Source of the DNA: an uncultured Clostridium sp.
Lineage (GTDB): Bacteria; Bacillota; Clostridia; TANB77; CAG-508
NCBI GenBank assembly: GCA_947302485.1
Contig: CAMYVO010000003.1
Span: forward strand, 7,567 to 71,566
DNA length: 64,000 bases
Direction of reading: 5' to 3'
Below, piece by piece: positions 20,252 through 30,662 of this stretch. Position numbers and translations under genes: made by a program. The first letter of the stretch is position 1. Each line of letters begins with the position of its first letter. The notes beneath the pieces were generated by a model. The model was not told the DNA's origin. It saw only the letters and a program-made list of their open reading frames with translations, and made no database searches.

Positions 20252-22057
20252 ATGGTAAAAAAAATACATTATTGTTGGTTTGGAGGGAAAGAACTTCCTA
20301 AATCTGTAAAAAAATGCATAAGTACATGGAAAAAAATATTACCAGATTATGAAATTAAAGAATGGAATGAAAAAAATTTTGATATAAATGTTAGTCCATT
20401 TGTTAAAGAAGCATACGAAAATAAAAAATGGGCTTTTGTTAGTGATTATGTTAGAATATATGCATTATATCAAGAAGGTGGTATATATTTTGATACAGAT
20501 ATGAAAGTGATTAAAAATATATCACATATAGTTGACAGAGATAGCGATATATTTTTTGGATATGAAGATAGCGGATACTTAGGTACAGCTGTTATAGGAG
20601 TAAAAGAGAAACACAATAAATATATAAAAGAAATATTGGATTATTATAACAATTTAGAACATTTTAATAGCGAAATAATGTATAATTATGCTAATCCTGT
20701 AATTATTACCAAAATAGTAAAAAAATATGAAAGTCACATTAATGAACAGGGAATACATATATTTGATAACAACATATATGTATATCCTAGAGATTACTTT
20801 TATCCATTAAGCTATAACTATTCTGAAAAAGTATATACAGAAAATACATGTATGGTACATTTATTTAATGCAACATGGACAGACAGAGGAGAAAGAAGAG
20901 TTATAGGTGTTTATAGAAAATTTGGACCAGAACTGGGTAAAATTATAAATTCCATGATAGATGGAGTATTTAATATAAAAAATAGTATATTTGAAACTGG
21001 AAAAAGATTTTATAAATTTTTAAGAATAAAGTATTCAATACATTTTAATATTTCTAAAAGGATAAAGAAATTAACTAATAAATTGCAAGAATTTAAAGAG
21101 AATTATATAGTTATTTGTCATCCAGAAATGCTGGAGAATAATGAGCATATTGGAGAAATGTTTAATAACAATATAATAGAATTGAGAGAAATGCATACAA
21201 GAAAAGAGGCAAAAAAGGTTGCAAATGCAATAAATGAATCTGGAAAAAGAACAGTAATATTCAATTCATATGCAAACGGATGGGAAAACGTAATGAGTGA
21301 ATTGAAATATTTAAAAAGAGATATAAATATAAAGGTATTAATACATGGTGGAGAAGCATTATTTGCAGAAACAAATGAATGGCAAAAAATGGATACAATT
21401 GTTGACTTGTATAATAAAGGAAATATCAATGAATTAGGTTTTTTTAAGAAAAGTTTATTTGAATATTACAGTAAAAAAGGATTTAATGCGAAGCATTTAA
21501 TGAAATATATAGAAATACGAAGAAACAATGATGAGATAAAAGAAAAAAATAATAAAGAATTAATTGAAATCGGAATGTATGAAGCATATGATAATACTTT
21601 GAAAAATATACACAATCAATTAAGTGCAATTAGTTTATTAGAGAACTCAAAATTAAACTATTTTCCTATTAATTACAAGGTATCCATGAAGGCAAGGAAA
21701 TACAGTGTTAATTTAGCTGATACATCAATTCCTACATCAAAACAAGAGTTATATAATAAAATGGCAAAAAATGATATAAATTTGTTTATTTCACTTGCAT
21801 ATAAATCTGAGCTTTTACCAATAGAAAGCTTAGAAATGGATACAATAGTTTTAGTTGGAAGTAACTATGAATATTTTGATGGAAGTGAATTAGAAAAATA
21901 CATTATGGTAAATAAAGAGGATAACATTATTGAAATATATAATAAAATAAAATTTGCCTTAGACAATAGAGAAAAGATATTAAAATTATATAGAATTTGG
22001 AGAGATAATTATATTAAAGATGCTAAAGAGAGTATTGATAATTTTGTAAAGATATAA
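20252..22057 (+). CDS. GT32-like glycosyltransferase (DXD sugar-binding region) with a long C-terminal extension
   Basis: IHYCWFGG..P......W.., then WAFVSDYVRIYALYQEGGIYFDTD (DXD motif). About 350 aa of unassigned C-terminal sequence. Start at ATG 20252 after GGAGG. Confidence 0.6.
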   Translation: MVKKIHYCWFGGKELPKSVKKCISTWKKILPDYEIKEWNEKNFDINVSPFVKEAYENKKWAFVSDYVRIYALYQEGGIYFDTDMKVIKNISHIVDRDSDIFFGYEDSGYLGTAVIGVKEKHNKYIKEILDYYNNLEHFNSEIMYNYANPVIITKIVKKYESHINEQGIHIFDNNIYVYPRDYFYPLSYNYSEKVYTENTCMVHLFNATWTDRGERRVIGVYRKFGPELGKIINSMIDGVFNIKNSIFETGKRFYKFLRIKYSIHFNISKRIKKLTNKLQEFKENYIVICHPEMLENNEHIGEMFNNNIIELREMHTRKEAKKVANAINESGKRTVIFNSYANGWENVMSELKYLKRDINIKVLIHGGEALFAETNEWQKMDTIVDLYNKGNINELGFFKKSLFEYYSKKGFNAKHLMKYIEIRRNNDEIKEKNNKELIEIGMYEAYDNTLKNIHNQLSAISLLENSKLNYFPINYKVSMKARKYSVNLADTSIPTSKQELYNKMAKNDINLFISLAYKSELLPIESLEMDTIVLVGSNYEYFDGSELEKYIMVNKEDNIIEIYNKIKFALDNREKILKLYRIWRDNYIKDAKESIDNFVKI

Positions 22058-22066
22058 AGAGGTAAT

Positions 22067-22315
22067 ATGGTAGAATCAAAAAAAAATGAAATATTAAAAA
22101 GGACACTAGAAATTGAAAGATCTATTTTGATTGAAAATATGAAAAAAAAACAAGAAAATATTGAGACTCTTGGAAAAGAAAAAGACATGTTAGAAGGAAA
22201 AATAGATAACTTAAAAAAAGAAAATATAAAATTAAGAAGTGAACTTGATAAAATAATATATTCTAGAAGTTATAAAATAACTCAAAAAGTAACAAAACTG
22301 CTAAAAAGGAGATAA
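22067..22315 (+). CDS. small coiled-coil protein (82 aa)
   Basis: K/E-rich heptad-like ORF between glycosyltransferase genes. No family recognised. Confidence 0.3.
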   Translation: MVESKKNEILKRTLEIERSILIENMKKKQENIETLGKEKDMLEGKIDNLKKENIKLRSELDKIIYSRSYKITQKVTKLLKRR

Positions 22316-22318
22316 AAG

Positions 22319-23341
22319 TTGAATAAAAGGAATAAACCTAAAGTAGCAATTATTATAGATAAAGAAGGATGGGCTCTAGACAATATAGCACAGCAGATAA
22401 AAAAAAATTTAAATAATTTTTATGAAATAGATATAATTCCTTCAGATATATTTGAAGATAATGTGGTTAGACTTTTTTTATTGAGTGACTATTATGATCT
22501 AATGTTCTTTATGTGGAGAGGAATTATATCATGGTTGTATAGTGAATATTCTAAAGAATACATATCAAATTTGGGATTTCAGTATGATGAATTTATTAGT
22601 AGATATTTAAAAGGCAAAAATATTGTGACAGCGGTTTATGATCACCTTTTTTTAGAAACAGAAAGAGAAAGAACGGATTTTATTTTGAATAACGTAAAAT
22701 CATATGTGGTTAGCTCAAAAAAATTAAAACATATATATGATAGATATCCAAATAAAAATAAACCTGTTATGGTTATTTCAGATGGTGTTGATTTAGATTT
22801 GTTTAGGATGTACAATCCGGATAAGTATGTTAAAAGTGATAATAATACATTAATAATAGGGTGGACAGGCAATAGTAAATTTATGGACAATATTGATGAT
22901 GACTTAAAAGGGGTCAACAAAGTTCTATTACCTGCTATTGAAGAATTAAAACAAGAAGGATATAATATAACTCTTAATATTGCTGATAGAAATATTAAGA
23001 TGATACCACATGAGAAAATGCCTGATTATTATAATGAAATTGATATATATGTTTGCGCATCAAGAACAGAGGGAACGCCAAATCCAATATTAGAAGCGAT
23101 GGCATGTGGGGTTCCAATTATTTCTACAGATGTCGGAATTGTTTCAGAAGTTTTAGGAGAAAAACAGAAAAAATTTATAATAGAAAGGACAAAAGATGAT
23201 TTAAAGAGTAAGTTATTAAAAATATTAAAACATAAAGAAGTATTAAAACAATTATCAGATGAAAATTTAAAACAAATACAAGGATGGTCTTGGAATAGTA
23301 AATCTAAAATGTTTAAAAAATTTTTTGAAGAAAATTTATAG
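22319..23341 (+). CDS. glycosyltransferase family 4 / GT1 superfamily
   Basis: C-terminal block RTEGTPNPILEAMACGVPIISTDVGIVSEV. TTG start after AAGGAG. Confidence 0.65.
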   Translation: MNKRNKPKVAIIIDKEGWALDNIAQQIKKNLNNFYEIDIIPSDIFEDNVVRLFLLSDYYDLMFFMWRGIISWLYSEYSKEYISNLGFQYDEFISRYLKGKNIVTAVYDHLFLETERERTDFILNNVKSYVVSSKKLKHIYDRYPNKNKPVMVISDGVDLDLFRMYNPDKYVKSDNNTLIIGWTGNSKFMDNIDDDLKGVNKVLLPAIEELKQEGYNITLNIADRNIKMIPHEKMPDYYNEIDIYVCASRTEGTPNPILEAMACGVPIISTDVGIVSEVLGEKQKKFIIERTKDDLKSKLLKILKHKEVLKQLSDENLKQIQGWSWNSKSKMFKKFFEENL

Positions 23342-23381
23342 ATACTAAATTTTAAATTATTAAGAAAAGGAATTTGAGAAA

Positions 23382-25496
23382 ATGAAAAAAAAATATGGAC
23401 AGGGAAACAAATTGCATAAGAAAAGTATAATGAATACATATAGTAAACAGAATATTATCATTTTTTTAACAATGGCTATTCTTTTATTTGTAGTATTATT
23501 ATCATTTTGGCCTGGAATTGTAACAATAGATGGTAATAATCAATGGAAACAAATAGAAAGTGAATATATTATAAATAACCATCCGTTTTTCTCAACTTTT
23601 TTTTGGTGGATATTAACCAAAATATGGTGTACTCCTACAATTTTGTGCGTTTTTCAAATATTGTTACTAAGTACAATCTGGACAAGTATTTGTTTTATTT
23701 TAAGAAGGGAAAATAATTTTTCAAGACGATGGTTATACACAGTATTATTGTGCTTTATTCCAGTAATATTTTTATATTCAGTTACTACATGGAAAGATGT
23801 GATATATTCATATATGCTATTAATAATTGCAGTAATGCTTTATGTTGGTGTGAAAAAGAATTATAAATATTCTTATTGGAATTTATTTATAATCAATTTG
23901 GCAATGGCGTTTGTATGGAGTTATAGATATAATGGGATTATTGTAACTCTGTTGTTATTAATATCTTTATTTATAATTTTCGTAAAAAATAAAGTTGAAA
24001 TAAAAAAAATATTAATAGGTTCACTTATGTTTATATCTATTTTAGCTTTATTTAAAATCCCTGAGAAGATTATGTGTCATCCTCAAAATAACCAATCAGG
24101 TAATGATATTGCAATGTATATTTTAGCATCGTTAGTTCAGGATGACAAAATAGATTCTCAAGATGACTGGAATATAATTAATGATATTTATACAATTGAT
24201 AAGTTAAAAGAAGAATATAATCCATATGTTGTAAATCCAATATCTTTTAGCAAATATTATAACAGGGATTTAGCACAAGAACATTCAGATGATATAATTA
24301 GAATTTTAATTAAATACACACTTAAAAATCCGTTAACAGTTATAAAACATTATTTACAGGCTGATAATCTGTTGATTGGAATAAGATATGGAAATGGATA
24401 TGTATATATGTATGAATTTGATACTTGGTATACAAAATTTAGTGGAGATTTTAATAAGATAGTATCTCCAGTTTTTAACAAAGGATATGATTTTTATTTA
24501 GGAATTATAAACTTTACAGGTGAAAATGAATTCTTTAAAATGGCATATTTACCTGCATATTCTTTATATATTTCAATTATATTAATGATTATTTATGCAA
24601 AGAAAATGAAGGAGAAAAGATATTTTTTAATTTTATTACCAATGATATTTAATACAATATCATTATTACCAATTAATGTAGCTCAAGATTTAAGATATGT
24701 ATATATAAATTACCTGACTTTATTATTATTAGTTATACCTTTGTTTTTTATTCATGGTAAAAATGTAAATAGGAGTAGAAAAAAAAGTATTGAGATGAAG
24801 GAAAAGCCAAAGGCATTAGTCATTATACCTGCATATAACGAGGGTAAATCAATAAAAAAAGTAGTAGATAGTGTATATAATGAGAATATTGAAAATTGTG
24901 ATGTTATAGTTATAAATGATGGTTCTAAAGATAATACATATGAGGAAGCCAAAAAAACAAAAGCAATAGTAATCAATGCTCCAAATAATCTTGGAATAGG
25001 AGGGGCAGTTCAGACAGGATATATTTATGCAAAAGATAATAATTATGATATAGCCATACAAATTGATGGGGATGGGCAACATAATCCAAAATATATTAAT
25101 CAATTAATTGAAGAAATAAAAAATGGTAATGATTTAGTGATTGGTTCAAGATTTATAAAGAAAACAAGCTATGATCAGACAATACCTAGAATGTTAGGAA
25201 TCAATATCTTGTCTTTTGTTATAAAATTAATGACAAAAGTTAAGATCTATGATACTACTTCAGGATATAGAGCAGTAAATAAGAGTATTATACAAGAATT
25301 TGCAGAAGAATATCCATATGATTATCCCGAACCTTGTACAAATACAAAAATGATTAAAAATGGATATAAAATCAAGGAAATACCTGTAGAAATGGAAAAG
25401 AGAGTAACAGGAATTTCATCAATATCTCCATTGAAAAGTGTAGGTTATATGTTTAAAGTGGTATTATCAATTTTATTAATGGGGTTAAAAGAATAG
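23382..25496 (+). CDS. fusion protein: N-terminal polytopic membrane (GT-C-like) domain + C-terminal GT2 polyprenyl-phosphate sugar synthase (DPM1/GtrB-like) domain
   Basis: Residues 1-470 are multi-TM. Residues 480-704 carry ALVIIPAYNEGKSI, VIVINDGSKDNT, DGDGQH and GYRAV, typical of dolichol-phosphate-mannose-synthase-like GT2. The usual GtrB topology (catalytic domain first, TM after) is reversed. Confidence 0.6.
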   Translation: MKKKYGQGNKLHKKSIMNTYSKQNIIIFLTMAILLFVVLLSFWPGIVTIDGNNQWKQIESEYIINNHPFFSTFFWWILTKIWCTPTILCVFQILLLSTIWTSICFILRRENNFSRRWLYTVLLCFIPVIFLYSVTTWKDVIYSYMLLIIAVMLYVGVKKNYKYSYWNLFIINLAMAFVWSYRYNGIIVTLLLLISLFIIFVKNKVEIKKILIGSLMFISILALFKIPEKIMCHPQNNQSGNDIAMYILASLVQDDKIDSQDDWNIINDIYTIDKLKEEYNPYVVNPISFSKYYNRDLAQEHSDDIIRILIKYTLKNPLTVIKHYLQADNLLIGIRYGNGYVYMYEFDTWYTKFSGDFNKIVSPVFNKGYDFYLGIINFTGENEFFKMAYLPAYSLYISIILMIIYAKKMKEKRYFLILLPMIFNTISLLPINVAQDLRYVYINYLTLLLLVIPLFFIHGKNVNRSRKKSIEMKEKPKALVIIPAYNEGKSIKKVVDSVYNENIENCDVIVINDGSKDNTYEEAKKTKAIVINAPNNLGIGGAVQTGYIYAKDNNYDIAIQIDGDGQHNPKYINQLIEEIKNGNDLVIGSRFIKKTSYDQTIPRMLGINILSFVIKLMTKVKIYDTTSGYRAVNKSIIQEFAEEYPYDYPEPCTNTKMIKNGYKIKEIPVEMEKRVTGISSISPLKSVGYMFKVVLSILLMGLKE

Positions 25497-25505
25497 GAGG
25501 AAGAA

Positions 25506-25862
25506 ATGATATATAAATTTGCAATCATATTTTCAATAGTATTAATAATAATTATTATAAACTTAGTAAAAAAAGATAAGTTAGATGAAAAATATTCAAT
25601 TTTATGGTTGATTGGTAGCTTTATTATACTAATTGTTTCAATATTTCCTAATATAATAACTTTTTTTGCAAGTAAATTCAATGTTTATTATCCTCCGGCG
25701 CTCATGCTATTATTTGCTATTTTAATCCTAGGAGCTTACACAATACATATTTCCATGATAATAACAAGACAAAACAAAATGATTGTAAGACTAACTCAAA
25801 GATTGGGAATATTAGAGGAGAAGGAGAAGAATAATAATATTAATCCAAAAGAAAGGAAATAA
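25506..25862 (+). CDS. DUF2304 family small membrane protein
   Basis: 118 aa, 3-4 TM helices, directly downstream of a DPM1-like GT2, the usual partner arrangement. Confidence 0.55.
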   Translation: MIYKFAIIFSIVLIIIIINLVKKDKLDEKYSILWLIGSFIILIVSIFPNIITFFASKFNVYYPPALMLLFAILILGAYTIHISMIITRQNKMIVRLTQRLGILEEKEKNNNINPKERK

Positions 25863-25863
25863 T

Positions 25864-26652
25864 ATGAAAGAATATAGTAATCATACATTTGTAATTTGTG
25901 CATATAAAGAATCAAGATATTTAGAGGAATGTATAAAATCGATAAAAAATCAAAATGTGAAAAGTAATTTAATAATGGTTACATCAACTCCCAATAGTTA
26001 TATTGAAAATTTAGCAAATAAATATGACATTAAACTATACATAAACAATGGAGAATCAGGAATAGGGCAAGATTGGAATTTTGGTGTAAGTAATACAAAT
26101 ACTAAATATGTTACGATTGCACATCAAGATGATATATATAATAAAAATTATTTAGAAGAGATAGTTAATAAAATTAATGACGGAAAAGAATTTGTTATTG
26201 CTTTTGGAGATTATAGAGAAATAAAAAATAATACAATAATTCCATTAACTAAAAATTTGAAAATCAAAAAAATTTTATTATCAAGATTAAAAAAGAATGG
26301 GAATAAAAGGAGTGCAAAGAAATTTGCATTAAAATTCGGATCAGCTATTTGTTGTCCGTGTGTTACTATAAATACTGATATTGCTGGTAAAGAACCATAT
26401 AAAACTGAATTTAAATGTGATTTAGATTGGGATACTTGGTATGAGCTTGCAAAATTAGATAAAGAATTTCTATATATAAATGAAGAATTGATGTGTCATA
26501 GGATTCATGAAGAATCAGAAACATCAAATCTAATTCATAATAATATCAGATTAGAAGAAGATTACGAGATGTTCAAAAAATTTTGGCCAAAACCAATAGC
26601 AAAATTTATAATGTTATTTTATAAAAGTGCAATAAAAACAAATGAAAATTAG
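25864..26652 (+). CDS. glycosyltransferase family 2 (GT-A fold)
   Basis: HTFVICAYKESRYLEECIKSIKNQ, HQDDIY. Confidence 0.65.
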   Translation: MKEYSNHTFVICAYKESRYLEECIKSIKNQNVKSNLIMVTSTPNSYIENLANKYDIKLYINNGESGIGQDWNFGVSNTNTKYVTIAHQDDIYNKNYLEEIVNKINDGKEFVIAFGDYREIKNNTIIPLTKNLKIKKILLSRLKKNGNKRSAKKFALKFGSAICCPCVTINTDIAGKEPYKTEFKCDLDWDTWYELAKLDKEFLYINEELMCHRIHEESETSNLIHNNIRLEEDYEMFKKFWPKPIAKFIMLFYKSAIKTNEN

Positions 26653-26666
26653 AGTATGGAGAAAAA

Positions 26667-27927
26667 ATGAAAAAAGATAGTCAATTAAAAAAAAATTTCA
26701 TATGGAATACAATAGGAACTACTTTAAATGCATTTAATTCTCTTCTATTTGCTATAATAGTTACAAGAATAAATGGGATATATGATGCAGGTATATTTAC
26801 TTATTCATTTGCAACAGCATGTATTTTATATGTAGTGGGAATATATTTCGGAAGAACTTATCAAGTAACAGATATATCAAAAGAAAATTCTGATACTGAC
26901 TATATATATAATAAAATAATAACATCTATCTTTATGATTATTATTTCTATAGTATTCTGTATAATAAAAAGATATGATGCATATAAATCTACAATTTTTA
27001 TTCTATTGTCTACTTTTAAAGCGATAGAAGCTTTGAGTGAAGTTATATATGGAATTATACAAAAAAAAGGGAAACTTGAAAAGGTTGGTAAATCATTCAC
27101 GATAAAGGCCATGGTGAGTTTGTTAGTTTTTGTAATTGTAGATACTACAACTAGAAATTTAATATATTCATGTATATCAATATGTATAGTGAATTTATTT
27201 ATTTTATTTACATATGATTTAAAAAATATGAAAAAATTACAAATTACAAAAACTCATTTTTCATTCAAAAAAAATAATATTCTTTTAAAAATGCGGATTT
27301 TGTACTTTTTTACTAACACTTTTATCGCAATATATTATAAATTGTTCTAGATATGCAATAGACGATTTATTAACAAATGATTTACAAACAATTTATGGAA
27401 TAATTTTAATGCCTGCTACAGTTATGGGGTTACTCTGTCAATTCATAATACAACCAATATTAAATAAATTGGCAGAGTGTATGGAGATACGAAATGAAAA
27501 TGAATTAAAAATGTTAATTTTTAAGATATTAAAAATAATTATAGGCCTTGGAGTTACTGCAATAATTATTGCATACTTCTGTGGTATACCGGTATTAAAA
27601 ATTGTATACGGAATCGAATTAACGGAATATTTGTTGCCGTTTATTATAATCATGATAGGAGCTGTATTATATAGTATTGAATTATTTCTATCTACAGTAC
27701 TGATTGCAATGAGAAAAACATTTTTGCAGGCCATTTTATACCTATTAGTTTCTGTTATATCAACAGTAATTGCTTATGTATTGGTTGAACGATATAGTAT
27801 TTTAGGTGCAAGTATAGGATATTTTATAACAATGTTAATAATTACTATAGCACTATTTATATATCTAATAATATGCTTTTATAGAGAATTAAAAAAAAAT
27901 GATAATAAGAAAATTTTGAAGGGATAA
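26667..27927 (+). pseudogene. wzx: Wzx-type oligosaccharide flippase (MOP superfamily) disrupted by a 1-bp frameshift (ORFs 26667-27350 and 27409-27927)
   Basis: The N-terminal half (KKNFIWNTIGTTLNAFNSLLFAIIVTRI..) and the C-terminal half are both typical polysaccharide flippase segments. The +1 frame is open from 27340 (NCSRYAIDDLLTN..), so the shift falls at 27340-27350. Confidence 0.6.
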
Positions 27928-27934
27928 AGTTTTA

Positions 27935-28846
27935 ATGAATAACAAAAAAGTAGTAATTTTAATGTCCACATATAATGGAGAAAAATATATTGCAGATCAA
28001 TTAATGAGTCTAATTAATCAAACGTATCAGAACATCAAAATTATAATTAGAGATGACGGATCAAAAGATCATACAACAGAAATTTTAAGAGAATTTTCAA
28101 AGAATAACAAAAATGTTTTTGTAGAAGAAGGTAATAATTTGGGCTTTATAAATAGTTTTTTTAAACTATTAGAAATTGCCGATAATGATGCAGACTATTA
28201 TGCATATTGTGACCAAGACGATATATGGATGGAAGATAAGATTGAGAGAGCTGTATATTTATTAAATAATACAAATAAAAACAAGCCAGCATTATTTTTT
28301 TCAAATTCAGACTATTATGATTCAAATATGAATTTTATAGCGTCTGCCGATAAAAATAAAGTATATAATTTTAGAAATTCTCTTGTAGAATGTGTTACAC
28401 AAGGGATGACTATGGTTATAAATAATACTACAAGAAGATATATTATACAAAACATACCTAAAAATTGTTTATATCATGATTGGTGGACATATATGATTTG
28501 TAGTGGATTTGGTGAAATAATATATGATAGTAAATCATTAGTTAAATATAGAAGACATACTAAGAGCGTTACAGTAGAGGGAAAGAATGCACTTCAATTG
28601 TTCATTTTTAGAATAAAAAAATTTATAATCGGAGATTCTTTAAAACAAATAAAAAAACAATGGAAAGAATTCGAAACTTTTTATTATGATAATTTAAATG
28701 ATAATGATAAAAAATTATTAAAAATGTTTACCCACAAATATACTTTTTTTATTGCTTTAAAAAAAGTATTTTATCCTATGCGTTTCAGGAGAAAAATTAT
28801 TGACGAAATAAACCTAAGAGTTTTATTTCTAATTGGAAAATTATAA
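27935..28846 (+). CDS. glycosyltransferase family 2 (rhamnosyltransferase-like)
   Basis: VVILMSTYNGEKYIADQLMSLINQTY, RDDGSKDHT, CDQDD. Confidence 0.75.
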   Translation: MNNKKVVILMSTYNGEKYIADQLMSLINQTYQNIKIIIRDDGSKDHTTEILREFSKNNKNVFVEEGNNLGFINSFFKLLEIADNDADYYAYCDQDDIWMEDKIERAVYLLNNTNKNKPALFFSNSDYYDSNMNFIASADKNKVYNFRNSLVECVTQGMTMVINNTTRRYIIQNIPKNCLYHDWWTYMICSGFGEIIYDSKSLVKYRRHTKSVTVEGKNALQLFIFRIKKFIIGDSLKQIKKQWKEFETFYYDNLNDNDKKLLKMFTHKYTFFIALKKVFYPMRFRRKIIDEINLRVLFLIGKL

Positions 28847-28891
28847 ACAAACAGTTAACTAGTATAAAATAAATATAACAATTAAGGGGAT

Positions 28892-30643
28892 ATGAAAATG
28901 AAAGATAAAATAATTAGAGTAGTAAAATCACCAATAGTATATATACTAGCTATATGTATTTTTTTACAAATTTTTATATATAAAGAAGCTAAAAATGAAT
29001 ACGTACTTACGCCGGATAGTCATTCTTATTATGAAGAATATAAAGGAGGAAATATTTTAAAAGGAGAATTGGATGGATATAGAACGCCAGTGTATCCAGA
29101 GTTTATTAAAATTATAAAAATATTCAGTAATGAGGAAAATTTATATAGGAATGTTGTATTAGTACAAAAAGCAATGTTTCTACTAGAAATATTATTAGTA
29201 TATTTTACTATGATAAAAATTACAAAAAACAAAATTATATCTTCGTTAATAAGTTTTATTGTTGGAGTTTGTCCATATTTAGTACTATTTAACACATTAG
29301 TATTAACAGAGTCATTAGCAATATTTGAAATTGTCCTTCTAATATATATAACAGTACTCCATATATGTAAACCAAAAAAAATAACAGCTGCTTTAACTGG
29401 TTTTATTATTCTATTAATGATAATGACCAGACCTGGATATATTTATATGATACCAATATATTTTGCATTTTGGATTCTAAGATATATTTTTAATAAAAAA
29501 GAATTAAAAAATGTAATTGTGGGATTAACATCGGTTATATTAACTTCAATTATTGTTATACTATACTGTTTTCAAATGAAGAATCTATATGGCGATTTTA
29601 TGATATCTTCTGTAACTTATACTAACGATTTAGTTTCCGTTGCACAAGCAAAATCATATACAGAAGCAACTGATTCTCCAATTAAGCATACAATGGAAGA
29701 AACGAAAGGAGAGAAGACAGATGCTGAATCAAGTTGGGAGGCTGCTGGTAAGGCCTACCAATTCAATTATAATGATCAAAAAAAATTTTTAAAGGAATCA
29801 AAATACAATAAAAAATATTTTAAGTATTTAATAGATAAATGCTTAAAACTAAGTGGTTCAACAATACAAACTTTATACTATACTCCATTGATAGAAAATA
29901 CATATATAAATGAAATATCTAATATTTTTCTACCAGTAACTTTTGGAATGATATATTTAATGCTTATAATTATAGGTTGCTATATAGTGTATTGTATTTT
30001 TAAATATGCAAAAATTGATTGGTTTTTATCGATGTTGTTTGTATTTGTTTTGGCAAATACGTTTACATTAATTGTTGGAGCACCATTTGAACCGCAGAGA
30101 TTATTTATTGTTTCGGTCATTCCTATTATAATGAGTATAGGATATATACTCAGCAAGATTACGAATAAAAATTCAGAAATTGATAAAGATAATAATTTGT
30201 TTTACAAATTTGTTTTAGAAAAAACTGAAAATTCAGTAATACAGTTTATGAGATATATTTTTGTAGGTGGCGTTGCAGCTATAGTCAATATTGGTGGACT
30301 GTTTATATTAAGCAAAATATTCCATATGCATTATTTGTTAGCTAATATAGTTGCCTTTGTTTGTGGATTAATTACAAACTATTATTTAAGTAAATTGCTT
30401 GTGTTTTCTACAAATAATACCATGAATAGAATGATAGAATTTTTAACTTATGCGATAATAGGAATTATGGGATTAGGTTTTGATACATTTTTTATATGGA
30501 TTTTTACGGATAAATTAAGTATATATTTTATAGTTAGTAAAATTATTTCTACAGGAATTGTTTTTATATGGAATTTTGTTGCGCGAAAAATTTTGTATTT
30601 AATTATAGAGAAATATGATAAACGAAAATTAATAGAAGGATAA
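28892..30643 (+). CDS. polytopic membrane protein (GT-C-like) with a C-terminal GtrA-family domain
   Basis: About 430 aa of multi-TM sequence. The last 130 aa ([22 protein letters not shown]...[10 protein letters not shown]...) form the GtrA-like 4-TM flippase fold. Confidence 0.55.
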   Translation: MKMKDKIIRVVKSPIVYILAICIFLQIFIYKEAKNEYVLTPDSHSYYEEYKGGNILKGELDGYRTPVYPEFIKIIKIFSNEENLYRNVVLVQKAMFLLEILLVYFTMIKITKNKIISSLISFIVGVCPYLVLFNTLVLTESLAIFEIVLLIYITVLHICKPKKITAALTGFIILLMIMTRPGYIYMIPIYFAFWILRYIFNKKELKNVIVGLTSVILTSIIVILYCFQMKNLYGDFMISSVTYTNDLVSVAQAKSYTEATDSPIKHTMEETKGEKTDAESSWEAAGKAYQFNYNDQKKFLKESKYNKKYFKYLIDKCLKLSGSTIQTLYYTPLIENTYINEISNIFLPVTFGMIYLMLIIIGCYIVYCIFKYAKIDWFLSMLFVFVLANTFTLIVGAPFEPQRLFIVSVIPIIMSIGYILSKITNKNSEIDKDNNLFYKFVLEKTENSVIQFMRYIFVGGVAAIVNIGGLFILSKIFHMHYLLANIVAFVCGLITNYYLSKLLVFSTNNTMNRMIEFLTYAIIGIMGLGFDTFFIWIFTDKLSIYFIVSKIISTGIVFIWNFVARKILYLIIEKYDKRKLIEG

Positions 30644-30662
30644 AGTAAAAGGGGGAAATAAA

